DNA of 62,538 bases, filler included, from Nemertoderma westbladi (taxonomy: Eukaryota > Animalia > Xenacoelomorpha), in NCBI GenBank assembly GCA_032718475.1. It is 3 parts of 3 records of this genome, joined end to end, with 100 filler letters (N's around TTAATTAATTAA, not from the genome) between each part and the next. Parts side by side here need not be neighbours in the genome. Positions count along the whole stretch, not along the records: positions 1 to 28,295 come from JAUCBJ010003468.1; 2 more parts are not named here. The stretch is one strand, 5' to 3'. The notes beneath the pieces are model-generated. The model made no database searches and was not told the origin of the DNA. It was given only the letters and a program-made list of their open reading frames with translations. Positions 1-16,202 of this stretch are shown here, one piece after another. Position numbers and translations under genes: made by a program. Numbering within the stretch: the stretch's first letter is position 1; each line of letters opens with the position of its first letter.

Positions 1-733
1 CATGTTCTAATGAGCTGAGGAGCCGTTGGGCTCCCTCTAATGATTCTGAGAGTACTCCTAAGTCATCAGCAAAGTCTAGATCAGTTAGGTACTTGGCAGG
101 ATTTCCTCGACTTCTGGAGCCAGTAGGTGGAGTTATCATCACCCCATCATCATTATGATGATCTAAGGACATGCGTAGAACATAGTCAACCACAATAATG
201 AACAAGAATGGTGCAAGTGTGTCTCCTTGGAGGACGCCCCATAACACTTCAAATGGTTCTGTGTCACCGTCAACAGTAGACACAAATGTTGTCGAACCAT
301 CGTATACTGATCTGATTGCTGCAATAATTTCATCAAGAATCCCATATAATGAAAGTATGCTGAACATACGTGAGCGGGAGACTGAATCAAAGGCCTTGAA
401 GAAGTCACCAAAGATAACAGCCAGATGCCTGTCTTTCTTTTTTGATAATTCTTCAATTATCCTTCTAAGTGCCAAAATGGGCTCCATGGTCCCACGACCT
501 TTACGGAACCCATTCTGATTCCACGGAGCAGTCTCTCAATGGGATCCTTGATGCGATTTAATAGAATCCTATTGTATAGCTTTGCAGCAATCGAGATCAA
601 TGAAATTCCCCGAAAAGAACCATAGAGTGTTAGGTTGCCCTTCTTGGGAACTGGCACCAACTTATTTGTTTTCATTTCTTGCGGGACTCTTGTTGTTCGG
701 TACATGTCTACTATGATGGGATAGATGAGCTTT
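1..733 (-). mobile_element. RTE-like non-LTR retrotransposon, RT fragment (frameshifted, runs off the window)
   Basis: Minus strand reads PKKGNL..FRGISL..KLYNRILLNRI, QGDTLAPFLF and YLTDLDFADDL (FADD at 62-73). Same family as 53580-55415. Confidence 0.9.
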
Positions 734-740
734 AAACACG

Positions 741-1633
741 CGCCATGGGCGGAACTATAAGAACAAAATGTAGCCATGGGTGGAACTGTAAGAATTAAAT
801 GCAGCCATGAGCGGAACTGTAAGAACAAAATGTAGTCATGGGCGGAACTCTAGGAACAATATGTAGCAAGTATAAGAACAGAGTCTAGCTCCGTCGGAAC
901 TATAATGACAAAATGTAGCCACGGGCGGAACTATAAGTACAAATTGTAGCCATGGCGGGTGGAACTATAAGAACAAAATGTTGCCATGGGTGGAACTATA
1001 AGAATGAAATATAGCCACGGGCGGAACTATAAGAACAAAATGTAGCCATGGGTGGAACTATAAGAATGAAATGTAGCCATGGGTGGAACTATAATAAAAT
1101 GTAGCCATGGGTGGAACTATAAGAATGAAATGTAGCCACGGGCGGAACTATAAGAACAAAATGTAGCCATGGGTGGAACTATAAGAATGAAATGTAGCCA
1201 TGGGTGGAACTATAATAAAATGTAGCCATGGGTGGAACTATAAGAATGAAATGTAGCCACGGGCGGAACTATAAGAACAAAATGTAGCCATGGGTGGAAC
1301 TATAAGAATGAAATGTAGCCATGGGTGGAACTATAATAAAATGTAGCCATGGGTGGAACTATAAGAACAAAATGTAGCCATGGGTGGAACTATAAGAATG
1401 AAATGTAGCCATGGGTGGAACTATAATAAAATGTAGCCATGGGTGGAACTATAAGAATGAAATGTAGCCACGGGCGGAACTATAAGAACAAAATGTAGCC
1501 ATGGGTGGAACTATAAGAATGAAATGTAGCCATGGGTGGAACTATAATAAAATGTAGCCATGGGTGGAACTATAATAATGAAATGTAGCCACGGGCGGAA
1601 CTATAAGAATGAAATGTAGCCACGGGCGGAACT
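741..1633 (+). repeat. 31-bp minisatellite (GGAACTATAAGAACAAAATGTAGCCAYGGGY), ~29 units, with a 121-bp higher-order unit (31+31+28+31)
   Basis: Direct reading; identical context recurs at 1021, 1142 and 1263. Confidence 0.95.
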
Positions 1634-2018
1634 CCAACCAATATATTATTAACTTCAAATGTATTAAGCATTGTCACTGCGGCCTTATGTAATTCTCAGT
1701 TATTCATATTCTGCGTAGTATTACATACTACACACTTACACACTGTGTAAGTGTGTAGTAAGTGTGTAACTGTGTAATACACAGTACAGCTTACCGGTAC
1801 TGCTAGGCCTAAAATTATAAATACTTTCGGTTTGTTTCCCTAGCAATTACCGGCAGTTATAAATTAGGCTTGTTATCCTACAACTCTTCTGGAATTCATA
1901 TTATTTCTCCAACGGACAAAAACGCCCCATTAGTAATAATTTGTCGTTTTAAACGCCGAAACTACCGAATTTACTGGTTTTCCTTCTTAAAACTCCTAAA
2001 TAGTTACCTGAATCTTAA

Positions 2019-3359
<1,341 letters not shown>

Positions 3360-3949
3360 AAGTAAATAAGGATAATTGAAAAGCAAATAATTCCTTAGGA
3401 GACGAAGACCAAGTAACGGCAGGACGAACTATTCTGTTTTATCAGTTATAATTTTAAGTAATTTAATTTAGTAAAATATAATTAAATTTGTAATATTAAA
3501 ATCACTTTATTTCCTTTTCACACTGTTCCTAATATATTTCATTATCCCTTTGGTGACTTGTGTTGGGGGGGGGGGGGGGGGGGGGGGGGTGGTGGCATGA
3601 TCATACCTTGAATAGGAAAGAGGCAACTCGAAGGCACCCCTCTCTTTGCAGTTACCTATAAGACAGGAAGCTGGCCCCTCACACTCCGCTGCTCACAACT
3701 CACACTCCCGAGGTTGAACACGCTAACTGTACAAATTTTTCTTACTCTGCCTGGATTTTTCTGAGTGCGCGACTCAATGGTGTAAGACCTGCCACATATG
3801 TGAACCATGTTAGCTCATAACAATCAATTCCCCGCTTCAAGATTGTAATAATGAATTGAGTCACGAGTATGTTTTTCAGTATCGCCAGAGTCTCGATATA
3901 ATTTCTTATGATTACCACTTCACCATTATTGTTTTTGGTTACTCAAACT

Positions 3950-4820
3950 CGCCCGTGGCTACATTTTGTTCCTAGAGTTCCGCCCGTAGCTAAATTTTGT
4001 TCCTAGAGTTTCGCCCGTGGCTACATTTTGTTCCTAGAGATCCGCCCGTTGCTACATTTTGTTCCTAGAGTTCCGCCCGTAGCTAAATTTTGTTCCTAGA
4101 GTACCTCCCGTGGCTACATTTTGTTCCTAGAGTTCCGTCCGTGGCTACATTTTGTTCCTAGAGTTCCGCCCGTAGCTAAATTTTGTTCCTAGAGTTCCGC
4201 CCGTGGCTACATTTTGTTCCTAGAGTTCCGCCCGTGGCTACATTTTGTTCCTAGAGTTCCGCCCGTGGCTACATTTTGTTCCTAGAGTTCCGCCCGTGGC
4301 TACATTTTTTTCCTAGAGTTCCGCCCGTGGCTACATTTTGTTCCTAGAGTTACGCTCGTGGCTACATTTTGTTCCTAGAGTTCCGCCCGTGGCTACATTT
4401 TGTTCCTAGAGTTCCGCCCGTGGCTACATTTTGTTCCTAGAGTTACGCTCGTGGCTACATTTTGTTCCTAGAGTTCCGCCCGTGGCTACATTTTGTTCCT
4501 AGAGTTCCGCCCGTGGCTACATTTTGTTCCTAGAGTACCTCCCGTGGCTACATTTTGTTCCTTGAGTTCCGCCCGTGGCTACATTTTGTTCCTAGAGTTC
4601 CGCCCGTGGCTACATTTTGTTCCTAGAGTTCCGCCCGTGGCTACATTTTGTTCCTAGAGTTCCGCCCGTTGCTAAATTTTGTTCCTAGAGTTTCGCCCGT
4701 GGCTACATTTTGTTCCTAGAGTTCCGCCCGTGGCTACATTTTGTTCCTAGAGTTCCGCCCGTGGCTACATTTTGTTTCCAAGAGTTCCGCCCGTAGCTAA
4801 ATTTTGTTCCTAGAGTTCCG
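3950..4820 (-). repeat. 31-bp minisatellite (GCCCGTGGCTACATTTTGTTCCTAGAGTTCC), ~28 units; inverted relative of the 741-1633 array
   Basis: Reverse complement GGAACTCTAGGAACAAAATGTAGCCACGGGC differs at two positions from the left-array unit GGAACTATAAGAACAAAATGTAGCCACGGGC. Confidence 0.95.
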
Positions 4821-4989
4821 CTAGCCGCCCAACGACACCTAGACGCCCAACGAAAAAATAATTATTATATTCTGAAATTGTTACTTTTTTTCCCTATGGA
4901 AAAAAGAAACCCATTGGATTGCATTGATTTTACTTTTTTCCCGTCGAAAATAGTAAAATAAAATATTTTTTTGAATTTATTAAATTGTA

Positions 4990-5197
4990 TTACATGTGTT
5001 GAAAGAGCATCGGCGTAGAAAAGGTTTGCACGTAATTTGAGCGAAAGCCATGCACACACTGAAAAGATATTGCAACTTTGGTGTCTGCAAGGCGAACTCC
5101 AAAACGGAACTCAATATTAAATTGGTTTATGTTGTTTAGCGGCTCATTAGTTACGTAATAAATATTCGAGAACATTAAATTGTTTAACATTGAGTTA
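4990..5197 (-). repeat. Dispersed repeat, inverted copy of 31895-32145 (probable non-autonomous element fragment)
   Basis: The two loci give similar spurious translations (MLNNL.FSNIY.VT.EPLN...EFRF.VRLA.TKVAI.F.CV) on opposite strands. Confidence 0.7.
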
Positions 5198-5507
5198 GGC
5201 CGCGTTCACACTACCGAGTCAAAGTCAAAAGACAAAGTCAGAAGAAAATAAATATAGCTAGCAATATTAATAATAATTAAATAAGTAAAATATTGCAGTG
5301 CAATTTGATTTGTAACACTATATCGCTCTATCTTTTATTAAAGAACTGAGTAAAAAAAAAAGGAAAAAAACTAAAAAAACGTTCGACCTTTTTCCAAAGT
5401 AATAGCAATGTTATATTGTTGTTTACATTTGAACATCCCAAGTTGCAACTAACTGTATGTATCAATAATAAAAAAAATCAATAACGTTCCACCGTTATAT
5501 TCCTTAG

Positions 5508-7067
5508 GTTATGCTCCGTTCCGGCGCCGATCCCATCAGCATACGGGAACTCAAGTCCACGGAAATGGCGCGACTCGTAAAGATTCCGGGTATCATCATA
5601 TCGGCCTCGGCGACTCGGGTTAAGGCCACGTCCATGACGCTAATGTGTCGCGGGTGTCGCAACGTGATCCCCAACGTGGAGGTGCGTCCGGGACTGGAGG
5701 GCTACGCGATGCCGCGCAAGTGTCCGGCCGAGGCGACCGGACGCCCGCCCTGTCCGCTGGACCCGTTCTTCATCGACCCGGACAAGTGCAAGTGCGTGGA
5801 TTACCAGACGCTGCGACTGCAGGAAGCCCCGGGGATGGTGCCCACGGGCGAGCTGCCTCGACACCTACAGCTCTACGCGGACCGCTACATGTGCGACCGC
5901 GTAGCCCCCGGCAACCGGGTCACCGTGCTGGGTATCTACTCGATCCGTAAGGTCAAGGTGGGCAAAAGGAACAAAGATAGAGCGGTCGGGGCCGGGCTGC
6001 GGCCCGCCTACCTGCGAGTCGTCGGGATCAGGGTGGAGAGCGAGGGTCCCGGGCGCGCGGCCACCGCCGCATTCTCGCCCGCCGAGGAGGCCGAGATGCG
6101 CCGCCTAGCGGCCACCCCGGGAATCTACGATCTGCTCACCAGCAGCATAGCGCCCTCTATCTACGGGTGCGAGGATATGAAACGCGCGATCGCGTGTCTC
6201 CTCATCGGCGGCTCGCGTAAACGGCTCCCAGACGGGTTGACCCGTCGCGGCGATATCAACCTGTTGTTGCTAGGCGACCCGGGGACCGCGAAGTCGCAGC
6301 TGTTGAAGTTCGTGGAGTCCGCGACGCCGATTGGGGTCTACACGTCAGGGAAGGGGAGCAGCGCCGCTGGGCTAACCGCCAGCGTAACTCGCGATCCCTC
6401 CAACCACAACTTCGTTCTGGAAGGCGGAGCGATGCTGCTGGCAGACGGAGGGGTCTGCTGCATCGACGAGTTCGATAAGATGCGAGAAGACGATCGGGTC
6501 GCGATCCACGAGGCCATGGAGCAGCAGACCATATCGATAGCTAAGGCGGGGATCACAACCACGCTGAACGCTAGGTGCTCGGTGCTCGCCGCAGCGAACT
6601 CGGTGTTCGGCCGCTGGGACGACTCGAAGGGCGATCAGAACATCGACTTCCTCCCGACGATCCTCTCCCGGTTCGATATGATCTTCATCGTGAAGGACGA
6701 GCACGACGCGGGGAAGGACGCGCGGATGGCGCGCCACGTGATGGGCGTGCATACAACGGCGCGCGAGGCGGCCAGCTCGGGCGGCGACGAGTTGGAGATC
6801 GGCGTGCTGAAGCGATTCGTCGCGTTCGCGCGGAGTCACTGCGGACCCCGGATCTCGGAGGCGGCCGCGGATAAACTGCGGAATCGGTACGTGGCGATGC
6901 GGAGCGGCAGTCGGCAGCACGAGAACGAGTCGGGGAAGCGGCTCAACATACCGATAACCGTGCGCCAACTAGAGGCCGTTGTCAGGATCGCGGAATCCCT
7001 CGCTAAGATGCGATTAGCTCCCTTCGCCACTGAGTCTGACGTGGACGAAGCTCTCAGACTGTTCCAG
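5508..7067 (+). CDS. MCM5: MCM5 replicative helicase subunit, large internal exon (N-terminal exon(s) not in window)
   Basis: Acceptor ccttag|GTT ATG, donor CAG|gttagt. C4 zinc finger, Walker [20 protein letters not shown] finger, MCM5-type [18 protein letters not shown]. Confidence 0.97.
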
Positions 7068-7220
7068 GTTAGTCTAACTTTTACTCATTAAACCGTTCTC
7101 ATTCCCCGTCATTAGATTAATTTGTAGTTTCTCCTAACATTAAAAAAGATAAAATATTATTTGTTTTTTGACAATAATTGATAAATTTATGAACGTTATG
7201 TTGAATGTTGATATCATCTG

Positions 7221-10200
7221 TTTATAGTCCGCTCACACAACTTTATAGTCCGCTCACACAACTTTATAGACCGCTCACACAACTTTATAGTCCGCTCACA
7301 CAACTTTATAGTCTGCTCACACAACTTTATAGTCCGCTCACACAACTTTATAGTCCGCTCACACAACTTTATAGTCCGATCACACAACTTTATAGTCCGC
7401 TCACACAACTTTATAGTCCGATCACACAACTTTATAGTCCGCTCACACAACTTTATAGTACGATCACACAACTTTATAGTCCGCTCACACAACTTTATAG
7501 TTCGCTACACAACTTTATAGTCCGAACACACAACTTTATAGTCCGAACACACAACTTTATAGTCCGCTCACACAACTTTATAGTCCGGTCACACAACTTT
7601 ATAGTCCTATCACACAACTTTATAGTCCGAACACACAACTTTATAGTCCGCTCACACAACTTTATAGACCGCTCACACAACTTTGTAGTCCGAACACACA
7701 ACTTTATAGTCCGCTCACACAACTTTATAGACCGCTCACACAACTTTATAGTCCGCTCACACAACTTTATAGTCCGCTCACACAACTTTATAGTCCGCTC
7801 ACACAACTTTATAGTCCGATCACACAACTTTATAGTCCGAACACACAACTTTATAGTCCGCTCACACAACTTTATAGTCCGAACACACAACTTTATAGTC
7901 CGCTCACACAACTTTATAGTCCGCTCACACAACTTTATAGACCGCTCACACAACTTTATAGTCCGCTCACACAACTTTATAGTCTGCTCACACAACTTTA
8001 TAGTCCGCTCACACAACTTTATAGTCCGCTCACACAACTTTATAGTCCGATCACACAACTTTATAGTACGATCACACAACTTTATAGTCCGCTCACACAA
8101 CTTTATAGTACGATCACACAACTTTATAGTCCGCTCACACAACTTTATAGTTCGCTACACAACTTTATAGTCCGAACACACAACTTTATAGTCCGCTCAC
8201 ACAACTTTATAGACCGCTCACACAACTTTATAGTCCGAACACACAACTTTATAGTCCGCTCACACAACTTTATAGACCGCTCACACAACTTTATAGTCCG
8301 CTCACACAACTTTATAGTCCGCTCACACAACTTTATAGTCCGCTCACACAACTTTATAGACCGCTCACACAACTTTATAGTCCGCTCACACAACTTTATA
8401 GTCCGCTCACACAACTTTATAGTACGATCACACAACTTTATAGTCCGCTCACACAACTTTATAGTACGATCACACAACTTTATAGTCCGCTCACACAACT
8501 TTATAGTTCGCTACACAACTTTATAGTCCGAACACACAACTTTATAGTCCGCTCACACAACTTTATAGACCGCTCACACAACTTTATAGTCCGAACACAC
8601 AACTTTATATTCCGCTCACACAACTTTATAGTCCGATCACACAACTTTATAGTCCACTCACACAACTTTATAGTCCGCTCACACAACTTTATAGTCCGCT
8701 CACACAACTTTATAGTCCGAACAAACAACTTTATAGTCCGCTCACACAACTTTATAGTCCGCTCACACAACTTTATAGTCCGCTCACACAACTTTATAGT
8801 CCGCTCACACAACTTTATAGTCCAATCACACAACTTTATAGTCCGCTCACACAACTTTATAGTCCGCTCACACAACTTTATAGTCCGATCACACAACTTT
8901 ATAGTCCGCTCACACAACTTTATAGTCCGCTCACACAACTTTATAGTCCGCTCACACAACTTTATAGTCCGATCACACAACTTTATAGTACGATCACACA
9001 ACTTTATAGTCCGCTCACACAACTTTATAGTACGATCACACAACTTTATAGTCCGCTCACACAACTTTATAGTTCGCTACACAACTTTATAGTCCGAACA
9101 CACAACTTTATAGTCCGCTCACACAACTTTATAGACCGATCACACAACTTTATAGCCCGCTCACACAACTTTATAGTACGATCACACAACTTTATAGTCC
9201 GCTCACACAACTTTATAGTTCGCTACACAACTTTATAGTCCGAACACACAACTTTATAGTCCGATCACACAACTTTATAGTCCGCTCACACAACTTTATA
9301 GTCCGAACACACAACTTTATAGTCCGCTCACACAACTTTATAGTACGATCACACAACTTTATAGTCCGCTCACACAACTTTATAGTTCGCTACACAACTT
9401 TATAGTCCGAACACACAACTTTATAGTCCGATCACACAACTTTATAGTCCGCTCACACAACTTTATAGTCCGAACACACAACTTTATAGTCCGCTCACAC
9501 AACTTTATAGACCGATCACACAACTTTATAGTCCCCTCACACAACTTTATAGTCCGCTCACACAACTTTATAGTCCGCTCACACAACTTTATAGTACGAT
9601 CACACAACTTTATAGTCCGCTCACACAACTTTATAGTACGATCACACAACTTTATAGTCCGCTCACACAACTTTATAGTTCGCTACACAACTTTATAGTC
9701 CGAACACACAACTTTATAGTCCGCTCACACAACTTTATAGTCCGAACACACAACTTTATAGTCCGAACACACAACTTTATAGTCCGCTCACACAACTTTA
9801 TAGTCCGAACACACAACTTTATAGTCCGCTCACACAACTTTATAGTCCGCTCACACAACTTTTTAGTCCGCTCACACAACTTTATAGTCCGATCACGCAA
9901 CTTTATAGTCCGCTCACACAACTTTATAGTTCGCTACTCAACTTTATAGTCCGATCACACAACTTTATAGTACGATCACACAACTTTATAGACCGTTCAC
10001 GCAACTTTATAGTCCGCTCACACAACTTTATAGTCCGCTCACACAACTTTATAGTCCGATCACAAACTTTATAGTACGATCACACAACTTTATAGTACGA
10101 TCACACAACTTTATAGTCCGCTCACACAACTTTATAGTCCGAACACACAACTTTATAGTCCGCTCACACAACTTTATAGTCCGCTCACACAACTTTTTAG

Positions 10201-11250
10201 TCCGCTCACACAACTTTATAGTCCGATCACACAACTTTATAGTCCGCTCACACAACTTTTTAGTCCGCTCACACAACTTTATAGTCCGATCACACAACTT
10301 TATAGTCCGCTCACACAACTTTATAGTTCGCTACTCAACTTTATAGTCCGATCACACAACTTTATAGTACGATCACACAACTTTATAGACCGTTCACGCA
10401 ACTTTATAGTCCGCTCACACAACTTTATAGTCCGCTCACACAACTTTATAGTCCGATCACAAACTTTATAGTACGATCACACAACTTTATAGTACGATCA
10501 CACAACTTTATAGTCCGCTCACACAACTTTATAGTCCGAACACACAACTTTATAGTCCGCTCACACAACTTTATAGTACGATCACACAACTTTATAGTCC
10601 GCTCACACAACTTTATAGTTCGCTACACAACTTTATAGTCCGAACACACAACTTTATAGTCCGCTCACACAACTTTATAGTCCGCTCACACAACTTTATA
10701 GTCCGCTCACACAACTTTATAGTCCGCTCACACAACTTTATAGTCCGATCACACAACTTTATAGTCCGCTCACACAACTTTATAGACCGCTCACACAACT
10801 TTATAGTCCGAACACACAACTTTATAGTCCGCTCACACAACTTTATAGTCCGAACACACAACTTTATAGTCCGCTCACACAACTTTATAGTCCGAACACA
10901 CAACTTTATAGTCCGCTCACACAACTTTATAGTCCGCTCACACAACTTTTTAGTCCGCTCACACAACTTTATAGTCCGATCACACAACTTTATAGTCCGC
11001 TCACACAACTTTATAGTTCGCTACTCAACTTTATAGTCCGATCACACAACTTTATAGTACGATCACACAACTTTATAGACCGTTCACGCAACTTTATAGT
11101 CCGCTCACACAACTTTATAGTCCGCTCACACAACTTTATAGTCCGATCACAAACTTTATAGTACGATCACACAACTTTATAGTACGATCACACAACTTTA
11201 TAGTTCGCTACTCAACTTTATGGTCACATTCATAACTTTATGGTACGATC
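7221..11250. repeat. 21-bp satellite (TTTATAGTCCGCTCACACAAC), ~190 units, filling the last MCM5 intron
   Basis: Direct reading; variants CCGAT/CCGAA/TACGAT and a recurring 20-bp TTCGCTA variant. Confidence 0.98.
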
Positions 11251-11436
11251 ACATCCGTCACACATTGCCTAGAACAAGGTGTTAGTTTGTGTCGATACCG
11301 GTATACAACTGTAACTATTACTTTCATTTTTCCTACATACCGTCTCAGCGGTAACCTTGTTCCCAACTAGCGTTCTGGCAATATTAAATCGGACTGTTGT
11401 AGATTCCACTAACTCACTCCGATCTACCCCGTACAG

Positions 11437-11706
11437 GTATCGACGCTGGACGCGGCTATGAGCGGCAGTCTAGCCGGTGTCGAGGGTTTCTCTACGGAGA
11501 AGGACACGGAAGAATTATCGAGGATCGAGCGACAACTCCGTAAACGGTTCCCCATCGGCTCCCAGGTCTCGGAACAGGCGATAGTACAGGACCTTACGAG
11601 ACAGAAGTACCCGGAGAGGAATGTGTACAAGGTGATCCATCTGATGATTCGACGGGGCGAGCTGCAACATCGGATGCAGCGGAGGTTGCTGTACAGAGCC
11701 AAGTAG
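11437..11706 (+). CDS. MCM5: MCM5 terminal exon (winged-helix region)
   Basis: Branch-like ACTAAC at 11408, acceptor gtacag|; phase-0 join gives LFQ|[18 protein letters not shown]...[13 protein letters not shown], typical of the MCM5 C-terminus. Confidence 0.96.
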   Translation, partial: VSTLDAAMSGSLAGVEGFSTEKDTEELSRIERQLRKRFPIGSQVSEQAIVQDLTRQKYPERNVYKVIHLMIRRGELQHRMQRRLLYRAK

Positions 11707-13976
11707 TCGTTGGTATAGGGGAGAAACTCTGAGAAACTCGAGGAGTAAGTCGTCGTTAGTTAAAGTCGTCGTTCATAATAACATATAAAACAGAAAAACT
11801 AATAATAAACTATTTATAAAAACTTTCTCACGAGTTACTATTGTGAGAACTTCATATATCAGCTCTACCACACCATAACGTTGAGAACAATGTGTTCTAT
11901 AGAGCCAAGTGTTTTTATATTGCAATATTAGGATAACCAATGCAATTTATCGAATCTATGCAGTTCTGTAATAAACGTGCAATTTACGCTATGCAATTAA
12001 TTCATACCTTTATGTCCCTACTTTTAAACTATGTTCATTAAATTAACATTTAATTTTGATAAAACAATTAATTTTTGTGCGCATATATTCATATATAAGG
12101 ACTAAAATAATAGTTGATACTGAGTCCGTAACGATATATCTTAATTTTCCACGGAAGGAGACTGGCGTTGTTTGTTGATATGAATGACCCTATTTGGGCA
12201 ATAAATATCAGTTAGGTGGATCTGGGTAAGACCTGATAGACTCATTATTACGTATTTTATCCAAGATTATCGGATATCGGTACTATTAATGGCGATACGT
12301 TACAACTTTAACGGTCCCCTTAAGTTAACTGAGTACAATGAGGGAGGGGAGGGGGCCAGGAGGGGGCCAACACCTCTCTCTAGTATAGAGTTTATTGTTT
12401 AACTAAACAATTAAACTTTTTTTAAAGGACTAATATTCGATAAAAAAAAAATAAGCGGAAAACACCGCTTTTTTTCTCTCATTTTCAATTTAGCGAAATT
12501 GCCGAAATTCAACTATTCTGTCCGAGTGGTTGAGTTTTACATGAGTTGGCAGGTTTTTAGCAGGAGCGAAGCGAGTGTTAAAATGCCAACGAGTTCTGCC
12601 TCCTTTCCTTTGTGTCGTAATAAAATCGATTAAAGTCGCTATCTCAATAATTGAATGCCGATAATCGCCTCACAAATGTTGGTGCCCGCACATAAAGGAC
12701 AATGGCGATACTAGCAGCGATTTACTTATTAATGAAAGGAAACCTACTGTAATCGTATCGTACTGGACGCAAATCCAATCTTGGCGAATTAATATCCCGC
12801 CTCAATGATAAATTATCAATTTAGGAAAAGGAGCAGTTTACAGTGGCACGTTATTTTAACCAAAAGAATAAACTAAACACAATAGAACAGGTTACAGTTT
12901 TATTTAAGTAACCACAATAATCAGGTTATCACCAGAAAAACCTCACACCGAATCAAAGCAAAATTTTACAGTTAGGACGAGGAAAAACTGCAGATACAGT
13001 AGTTGCTCTACTAACAAGTCAGATTTGTTTTCATTCGTAATAATATAGATTATCCTGACAGTAGATATTGAATAATAACGAAGATCTTATATATTCCAAT
13101 AGTACAGTAACTTACAGCCTGCAGTATATCTTGTTTTAATTAAGCACACATCGACACATGTCCTATCTTGTAATAACGAGGTGAACTAGCGATGAGCTCG
13201 TACCGTTTTCTAATTATCTCGGCGTGGGAAAAACAAAACATCATGAAAGCAGGTAATAGGCCTTATTATTGTATAACTTGAAAGTATATTTATAAAGTAA
13301 GACGTCTTGCTTCTGATAATAAGATGGGCTCTACCAAACGTTATCTGTAAGAACTAACTGAGATTAACACGTAGGCTAATATTCACACTAATGATAAAGA
13401 AGAAGGATGAAAGGTTAGGTACAATTACAGTGGTCGAATGTGGAAGAATAATATTTTATCCTTCGGCCTAATTATGTGTTCCAGAAGTTAACAATACTAA
13501 CGCCGATACAATTAAAGCGGAAGACGGGGGCGGGGGGAACTTATCGCAAATAACATCTCGGCGAATAAATACCTCATCTCGGCGAATTAGCAATGTTAAA
13601 TACCCATAAATTAAAGGAAAGGATGCAAAGTTACAGTGGCGCATTATTCTAACCAAAACAATAAACTTGAATCAATAGTACAGGTTACAGATGAATTATT
13701 ACGGTGATCAGCTTTTATTTGCATAATTGAGCGCGCTCACTTAACTCTCTGAAAATTATACTTTATGGGATTAGCGTGAAATATACCTTAACTTTATTTC
13801 CTGCAATAAATTGCTAATAATTAGCCTTTCCGTGGTTAGAGCTAACCTATTTATTTGTACCCACTCACTCATTACTTTCGTTAATGTAACAAACAACTCC
13901 GATCGCCTCGGGCAATTGAATTGAAAAACAAAGAAATAAATGTGGTTGTAGATATATACTGTAGAGCATAGATTGT

Positions 13977-14085
13977 TAATTACTGATATCCAATCCAATT
14001 TGCTACATTGATTAGTTACTGATATCCAATCCAATTTGCTACATTGATTAGTTACTGATATCCAATCCAAGTTACTGCTATCCAA
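13977..14085. repeat. 36-bp tandem repeat, about 3 copies
   Basis: TTACTGATATCCAATCCAATTTGCTACATTGATTAG repeated. Confidence 0.85.
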
Positions 14086-16202
14086 TAGCCTATGTATACT
14101 CTTACATCCACCTACCGGGGTTTCCTTATGTTTAATAATGTTCTGAAATATTTATGAGTTGAGACATCAGCTCAACTGCAGAAATAAATCAATAATTTTG
14201 ATTTCTGATTTTCCCAGTACACGCGGGCACTATAATCGCAATAACTACAAATTACGTAGAAACCTTTTCTACGTCGATATTTTATATCTTTTGATTCATA
14301 TAATTACATTTGAGAGATTGAACTAAAATAAACGAATTTATATTTTTGCCTGGGAAAAACTTTAATAACATATTAAGTAGAGCGGCTTAGAAACATAAAA
14401 ATTGTGAGAAACGTGCGCAAATATTTCCAAAGTAGGTCTATTTGTGGGTTTATAGATTGAAAACCCACGCACTCCAAAAAATCTGACCATATTAAATTAG
14501 TTCTTGCAATAAATTGCGTGTTCTTTTCTTTAGCGACATAGAGTTTTACGTAACAACAAGCTTTTACTAACTATTCGTAAGAGTTTTTCCCAAATTTGGT
14601 ACGAAATTATTTAGCTAATTATTCTAAAGAATCACGATTAAATACTCAGCCACTCATTTTGTATGGGGTAAACACAATAACCAAACTGGCTTATTAGTCT
14701 GGCTCATTACATTACTGTCTCTAATGAGTAGTGGTGAGCTGGTGGTTGGACTGGTTCCTCCCAGTTAGGCTATTAATTACGTTTAGGCACAATTGAGTTA
14801 AAAACACATTTCTTAAAGCAAATCACTTGAACTACAGTAATTCAAAACTATAATGGAATGGGGTATGGGGATTACAGCTGCATAACTTTTAAGTATGATT
14901 ATTTATATCTTATACTATAAAGTAATTGATTTCCATTAAAAGTCATGTTGAAAACCTAACCAACCTGAACCCGTTACCCTGAACCCCTCAACCTGAACCC
15001 CTTACCCTAACCAACTTAATTAATTTTAATTTAATTAATTAACTGCTATTGTCTTAGAATCTCGAAGGCCACACGCAAATTCAACTTGGAAAATTTCTAA
15101 ACTTTTTCCAGACTACATGTGTACCAAGTTTGGATAGATTTTATAGAGATTTGTCTGAGTTATTAACGTTTAAAATTGAACACAACAGAACGACAGAACA
15201 ACAGACACACCGATTGAGTTAGTGGTACCCGTATGCTAACCTCGCTTACTTTCGTGGCTTGCCCCACAATTTAGTTTCCAGAGCAACGTAAATTTGTTTA
15301 ACCAATAACAAATGTACTAAAGGAGAGGGAATCATACATTTCATCTGAAGGGCTGAAGCTAACCAAAACAATAAACAAAGGTAAAGATTCCTCTTTACAT
15401 GGGGCCTTGACTGTAAACAAACCGTAAAGTGAAATATAACTGCAGAAAGTCGGTATACTTCACATGAACCTCAATGCTGCACCAATAATATTTGCAAGTT
15501 TTTAAAGTAAATAAGCCAATAAAGTAAATGGATATAATGTAGCAAATATGAACCACATTAAGAAATGCCTCTAGGCCAACAATCTAATGTACCACCATGC
15601 TTACTTTACAATATTTATTAAGGGGTGGTGTGTGAACTGTGCCGACCTTATCGCCTTTGTGTCATTGTTAGGAATTCATGGCTAGCTTTTCCTCTTACTC
15701 TACTGTGTAGCCTGCAGCGTACGCACAGCCCTGCCTGCATCCCACGGTCTTAAAGCCTTTAAACTAATTTACAATCAATTAGAGTTCCTGCGATACAATA
15801 GATGGGTATTTGGTTACAGGGCGTCACCCAAGCTATAAGGGGCACAGAGTCGGGCAATAGTCACTGTGTGTGTCAATCACTACCTCGCCATTACGGGAAG
15901 TAAATAAAGCCGCTAACAGCTCACTGCCATTAACTATTTAACACAAAACGACAGTTCAATGTGGTAAACGTACTATTAAAAATGCTAGGCTCCCGCTGAG
16001 AAATATGAGAATGTGTAATTAGGTTAATGGTTAATAAATAAATAATTACTGACAAATTGATGGATTATTAATTCTGCTGATACAAGATCAAAGTTGCAAA
16101 TATCCAGCGGTGATACAACAGGTCTGGGCCTTCGCAGTGCACATCTTGTGAAACATTTCAATTTGGAAAACTGAGTTCGTGTAATTATCGCCCCATACAG
16201 CA

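Noticed and set aside
5511-7091. ORF as a complete 526-aa MCM protein
   Set aside because: It begins after a splice acceptor and runs past a donor at 7068; the true C-terminus is at 11437-11706.
7205-11008. Long repetitive ORFs (CERTIKL, HNFIVRS; also 19963-21024, 51161-52261, 56729-57702, 59482-61607)
   Set aside because: Translations of tandem repeats that happen to lack stops; mostly intronic, with no splice or start context.
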